A stretch of 10,000 nt of DNA from a virus (taxonomy: Duplodnaviria > Heunggongvirae > Uroviricota > Caudoviricetes). The notes below the pieces were generated by a model that was not told the origin of the DNA, did not search any database, and saw nothing but the letters and a program-made list of their open reading frames with translations. The translations under genes and the position numbers were made by a program. The stretch lies in IMG/VR virus record IMGVR_UViG_2690316285_000012. One strand, written 5' to 3'. Each line of letters opens with the position of its first letter. The first letter of the stretch is position 1. Positions 7,991 through 10,000 of this stretch are shown here, in pieces.

Positions 7991-8018
7991 TCAAAGTGAT
8001 TAGCAATCTTATTAGAAT
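7990..8018 (+). promoter_or_regulatory. Candidate PRM-like promoter for the repressor gene (-35 TTCAAA 7990-7995, -10 TAGAAT 8013-8018)
   Basis: 17-bp spacer. Predicted start site falls at or just before the ATG at 8026, implying a leaderless or near-leaderless mRNA. Abuts operator 7976-7990. Confidence 0.3.
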
Positions 8019-8025
8019 TGGATGT

Positions 8026-8526
8026 ATGAAAAGAAAATCATTGTCAGACACCGACCTCAACGCCGCCAGAAGACTGAAAGAAATCTGGATGGCAAAGAAA
8101 TCTCAGTTGGGATTGACTCAGGAACGTGCGGCGGAAATTATGGGGTTTTCAACACAAGGGGCGGTAAGTCACTACCTAAATGGTCAAACCCCACTAAACC
8201 TTGAGGCTGTTCTAAAGTTTGCTGGCTTACTGAAAGTTCCCCCTGAGTCAATCAGGCCAGACATGGTAGATTTGCTGCAAATTGCAAGGATGTATTGTCG
8301 AGAACCACAGCAAGATAACATAGTCGCATTACCAGCAGACACAGAACAAACAGAGGATGAACTACCGTTTGCCGTAGAGCCGATGGAACGAGATTTAATC
8401 CATACGTTCAGAGCTTTTCCGAAAGAAGATCAAGAACACATGCTTCAGGAGATGAAAGATAAAAAAGAATCAATGGATCGTACGGTTGCGCGGTGGTTAG
8501 CTGCACAAAAAGGCCGTCGCGCCTAA
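8026..8526 (+). CDS. paaR2: Cro/CI-family prophage repressor (RacR/PaaR-type), 166 aa from ATG 8026
   Basis: HTH segment LGLTQERAAEIMGFSTQGAVSHYLNG. Divergent from the Cro-like gene across an operator-containing intergenic region and first gene of a three-gene operon with antitoxin and ParE toxin. No S24 peptidase domain is evident. ORF-track GTG start 7996 is the alternative. Symbol by architecture only. Confidence 0.65.
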   Translation: MKRKSLSDTDLNAARRLKEIWMAKKSQLGLTQERAAEIMGFSTQGAVSHYLNGQTPLNLEAVLKFAGLLKVPPESIRPDMVDLLQIARMYCREPQQDNIVALPADTEQTEDELPFAVEPMERDLIHTFRAFPKEDQEHMLQEMKDKKESMDRTVARWLAAQKGRRA

Positions 8527-8545
8527 ATCAGAGGAGATATGTAAA

Positions 8546-8740
8546 ATGAGTACAGTCCTTTCCCCAATGGTTTCAGAATTTGAGACAGTTGAGCAAGAAA
8601 ATAGTTACAACGAATGGCTGCGGGCCAAAGTAGCAGCAAGCCTCGCGGATCCCCGCCCGGCGATTCCGCATGATGAGGTAATGGCGGAAATGGAACAAAT
8701 TATTGCCCAAATTGCTGCTGCAACTCACAGAGGTGAATAA
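8546..8740 (+). CDS. paaA2: Small antitoxin (PaaA2/ParD-like), 64 aa
   Basis: GAGGAG RBS 9 nt upstream. Stop TAA overlaps the toxin ATG (TAATG). Small acidic protein immediately upstream of a ParE-family toxin. Symbol by architecture and size. Confidence 0.6.
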   Translation: MSTVLSPMVSEFETVEQENSYNEWLRAKVAASLADPRPAIPHDEVMAEMEQIIAQIAAATHRGE

Positions 8741-9030
8741 TGTTACCCGTTTTATGGCTACCATCTGCTCGTGATGATTTGCGCCAGATCGTAGCCTACA
8801 TAGCTAAAGAAAATCCCGCGGCAGCACGCAGAATGAAAATTCGAATTGAAACATCCGTTTTGCCGCTCACAGAGCATCCTTACCTGTATCCTCCAAGCGA
8901 GCGAGTTCTTGGTCTTCGTGAAATTGTAACTCATCCTAACTACATCATCCTTTACCGAGTAACAGCATCAAGCATAGAAGTAGTAAATATTGTGCATTCT
9001 CGAAGACAGTATCCAGGCAAAAACAGTTAA
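8740..9030 (+). CDS. parE2: ParE/RelE-superfamily toxin, 96 aa
   Basis: Typical ParE pattern: W...A..DL..I..YIA.ENPAAA.R....I, then YIILYRV and VVNIVH near the C-terminus. Translationally coupled to the upstream antitoxin. Confidence 0.75.
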   Translation: MLPVLWLPSARDDLRQIVAYIAKENPAAARRMKIRIETSVLPLTEHPYLYPPSERVLGLREIVTHPNYIILYRVTASSIEVVNIVHSRRQYPGKNS

Positions 9031-9044
9031 TTATTCCCGCCGAC

Positions 9045-9070
9045 AGAACCACCTTAGGGTGGTTTTTTCT
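9045..9070 (+). terminator. Rho-independent terminator after the repressor-TA operon
   Basis: Stem AACCACC (9047-9053) / GGTGGTT (9058-9064), loop TTAG, followed by a T-run 9063-9068. Lies 15 nt after the parE stop. Confidence 0.6.
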
Positions 9071-9086
9071 TGCCCCAACAAAAAAC

Positions 9087-9129
9087 AATAGCGATGCTAT
9101 TTACATCAAAAAAATAATGATGCTATTGT
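9087..9129 (+). promoter_or_regulatory. OL-like region: two 15-bp palindromic operators (9087-9101 AATAGCGATGCTATT perfect; 9113-9127 AATAATGATGCTATT) overlapping a PL-like promoter
   Basis: -35 TTTACA (9100-9105), 18-bp spacer, extended -10 TGcTATTGT (9121-9129). Same operator-promoter architecture as the 7949-7990 region, in the opposite orientation relative to the repressor gene. Confidence 0.55.
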
Positions 9130-9308
9130 TTCAGGCGTCAACCCACCCCGCCCCACAGAATGCAGGGCAATACTTCGAGTTACCAGACAGTGGTCAGGGG
9201 TTAAGTAGCCAGCCCGAGGCGTAAGAACATGACGGCAGGGTTCAATCTTTAACTATGCAGCAGGTTTTTTGTTCCGCCACCCCGGCGTTAAGGGGAAATG
9301 AGGTCAGC

Positions 9309-9461
9309 ATGGATACTATCGATCTTGGCAACAACGAATCTCTGGTGTGCGGCGTGTTCCCTAACCAGGATGGAACGTTTACCGCCATGACGTATACCAA
9401 AAGCAAAACGTTTAAAACCGAATCTGGCGCGCGTTGCTGGTTAGCCAGAAACACTGACTGA
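9309..9461 (+). CDS. Small early-left protein, 50 aa (YdaF/YdfA-like, DUF1391-type candidate)
   Basis: ATG 9309 with GAGG 5 nt upstream; the ORF-track start 9255 lacks an RBS. Sequence MDTIDLGNNESLVCGVFPNQDGTFTAMTYTKSKTF. First gene downstream of the PL-like promoter. Confidence 0.5.
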   Translation: MDTIDLGNNESLVCGVFPNQDGTFTAMTYTKSKTFKTESGARCWLARNTD

Positions 9462-9472
9462 TGAGGCTGACG

Positions 9473-9838
9473 ATGGAATTTAAAGATTTACCGTCTGATG
9501 TACAGAAAACAGCAGCTCATACATTGCATTCTGTGCTGCGAGAAATCGGGAAAGATATTGCAAGCGAGCCAGCAAAAGATCTGGCCCGGAAAATCAAGAC
9601 CGCTTTCGTTGAGCTTTATAATGTTGGCACTGACTCTGAAACTGTCGAGACCAAGACCGTAAGTTCACCAATATTCTCACTTGAGCCAAGCGTATTATCA
9701 GGTGAAATATGCACCGAGATTTCCAGCGAACTGCTTCCGGTAATACGAGAAGCAATTCGCCGTCGCGGTTTGGATGGAAGTTATGATCATGACGTTCTGC
9801 AAGTTCTCAGGACAATGGTGACTTCACTGGGGATTTGA
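9473..9838 (+). CDS. Hypothetical early-left protein, 121 aa
   Basis: ATG 9473 with GAGG 5 nt upstream; the alternative ATG 9461 overlaps the upstream stop. No recognizable motif. Confidence 0.45.
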   Translation: MEFKDLPSDVQKTAAHTLHSVLREIGKDIASEPAKDLARKIKTAFVELYNVGTDSETVETKTVSSPIFSLEPSVLSGEICTEISSELLPVIREAIRRRGLDGSYDHDVLQVLRTMVTSLGI

Positions 9839-10000
9839 TCCCTGCGTCCTCTAAGCTTTTGATATAGCGGTCCTCCAAGAAGCGGTAAATTTTGTCGAAA
9901 TCATCTTTTCCCTCTGGTTTATTCAGAGGATTACAGGACCCGTAAGTAGCGGCATACATTTCAACCGTTTGGTAATGACTCCAACTTATTGATAGTGTTT
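9807..10000 (-). CDS. Partial hypothetical CDS entering from the right edge (3' end only)
   Basis: Minus-strand frame is open from the window edge to TGA at 9807-9809 (at least 64 codons, ...EMYAATYGSCNPLNKPEGKDDFDKIYRFLEDRYIKSLEDAG...). Overlaps the 3' end of the plus-strand ORF by 32 nt. Not in the ORF track because the in-window ATG-to-stop span is only 50 aa. Confidence 0.3.
   Translation of the reverse strand, partial: TLSISWSHYQTVEMYAATYGSCNPLNKPEGKDDFDKIYRFLEDRYIKSLEDAGIKSPVKSPLS

Noticed and set aside
7996-8025. GTG start at 7996 for the repressor (ORF-track 176-aa form)
   Set aside because: The GTG lies within the operator/promoter region and upstream of the candidate -10. ATG 8026 is preferred but not proven, so the shorter form is annotated.
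9255-9308. ATG 9255 as start of the small early-left gene (68-aa form)
   Set aside because: No Shine-Dalgarno upstream, whereas ATG 9309 has GAGG at optimal spacing.

Overview
The window reads as the immunity, replication and early-right segment of a lambdoid (Rac / CP-933-like) enterobacterial prophage. Five N-masked blocks (750-1187, 1459-1728, 2591-3258, 5302-5714, 5885-6180) hide parts of several genes, so some gene boundaries are unresolved. On the minus strand, from high to low coordinates: a Cro-like HTH gene (ydaS-like) translationally coupled to a ydaT-like gene, an O-like replication initiator containing an iteron origin, a DnaC-family helicase loader, three tightly packed uncharacterized genes, then an AT-rich cargo module encoding an N6-adenine DNA methyltransferase (NPPY motif) and a putative type II restriction endonuclease. 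Divergent on the plus strand: a CI/RacR/PaaR-type repressor co-transcribed with a PaaA2-like antitoxin and a ParE toxin, an intrinsic terminator, and a second operator/promoter pair driving small early-left genes. The same 15-bp palindrome (AATAGnnnnGCTATT type) occurs as two pairs flanking the repressor-TA operon, giving an OR/OL-like layout. No rRNA, tRNA, CRISPR array or IS element was found in the visible sequence. Family assignments are from recalled motifs and gene order only; no database search was run.
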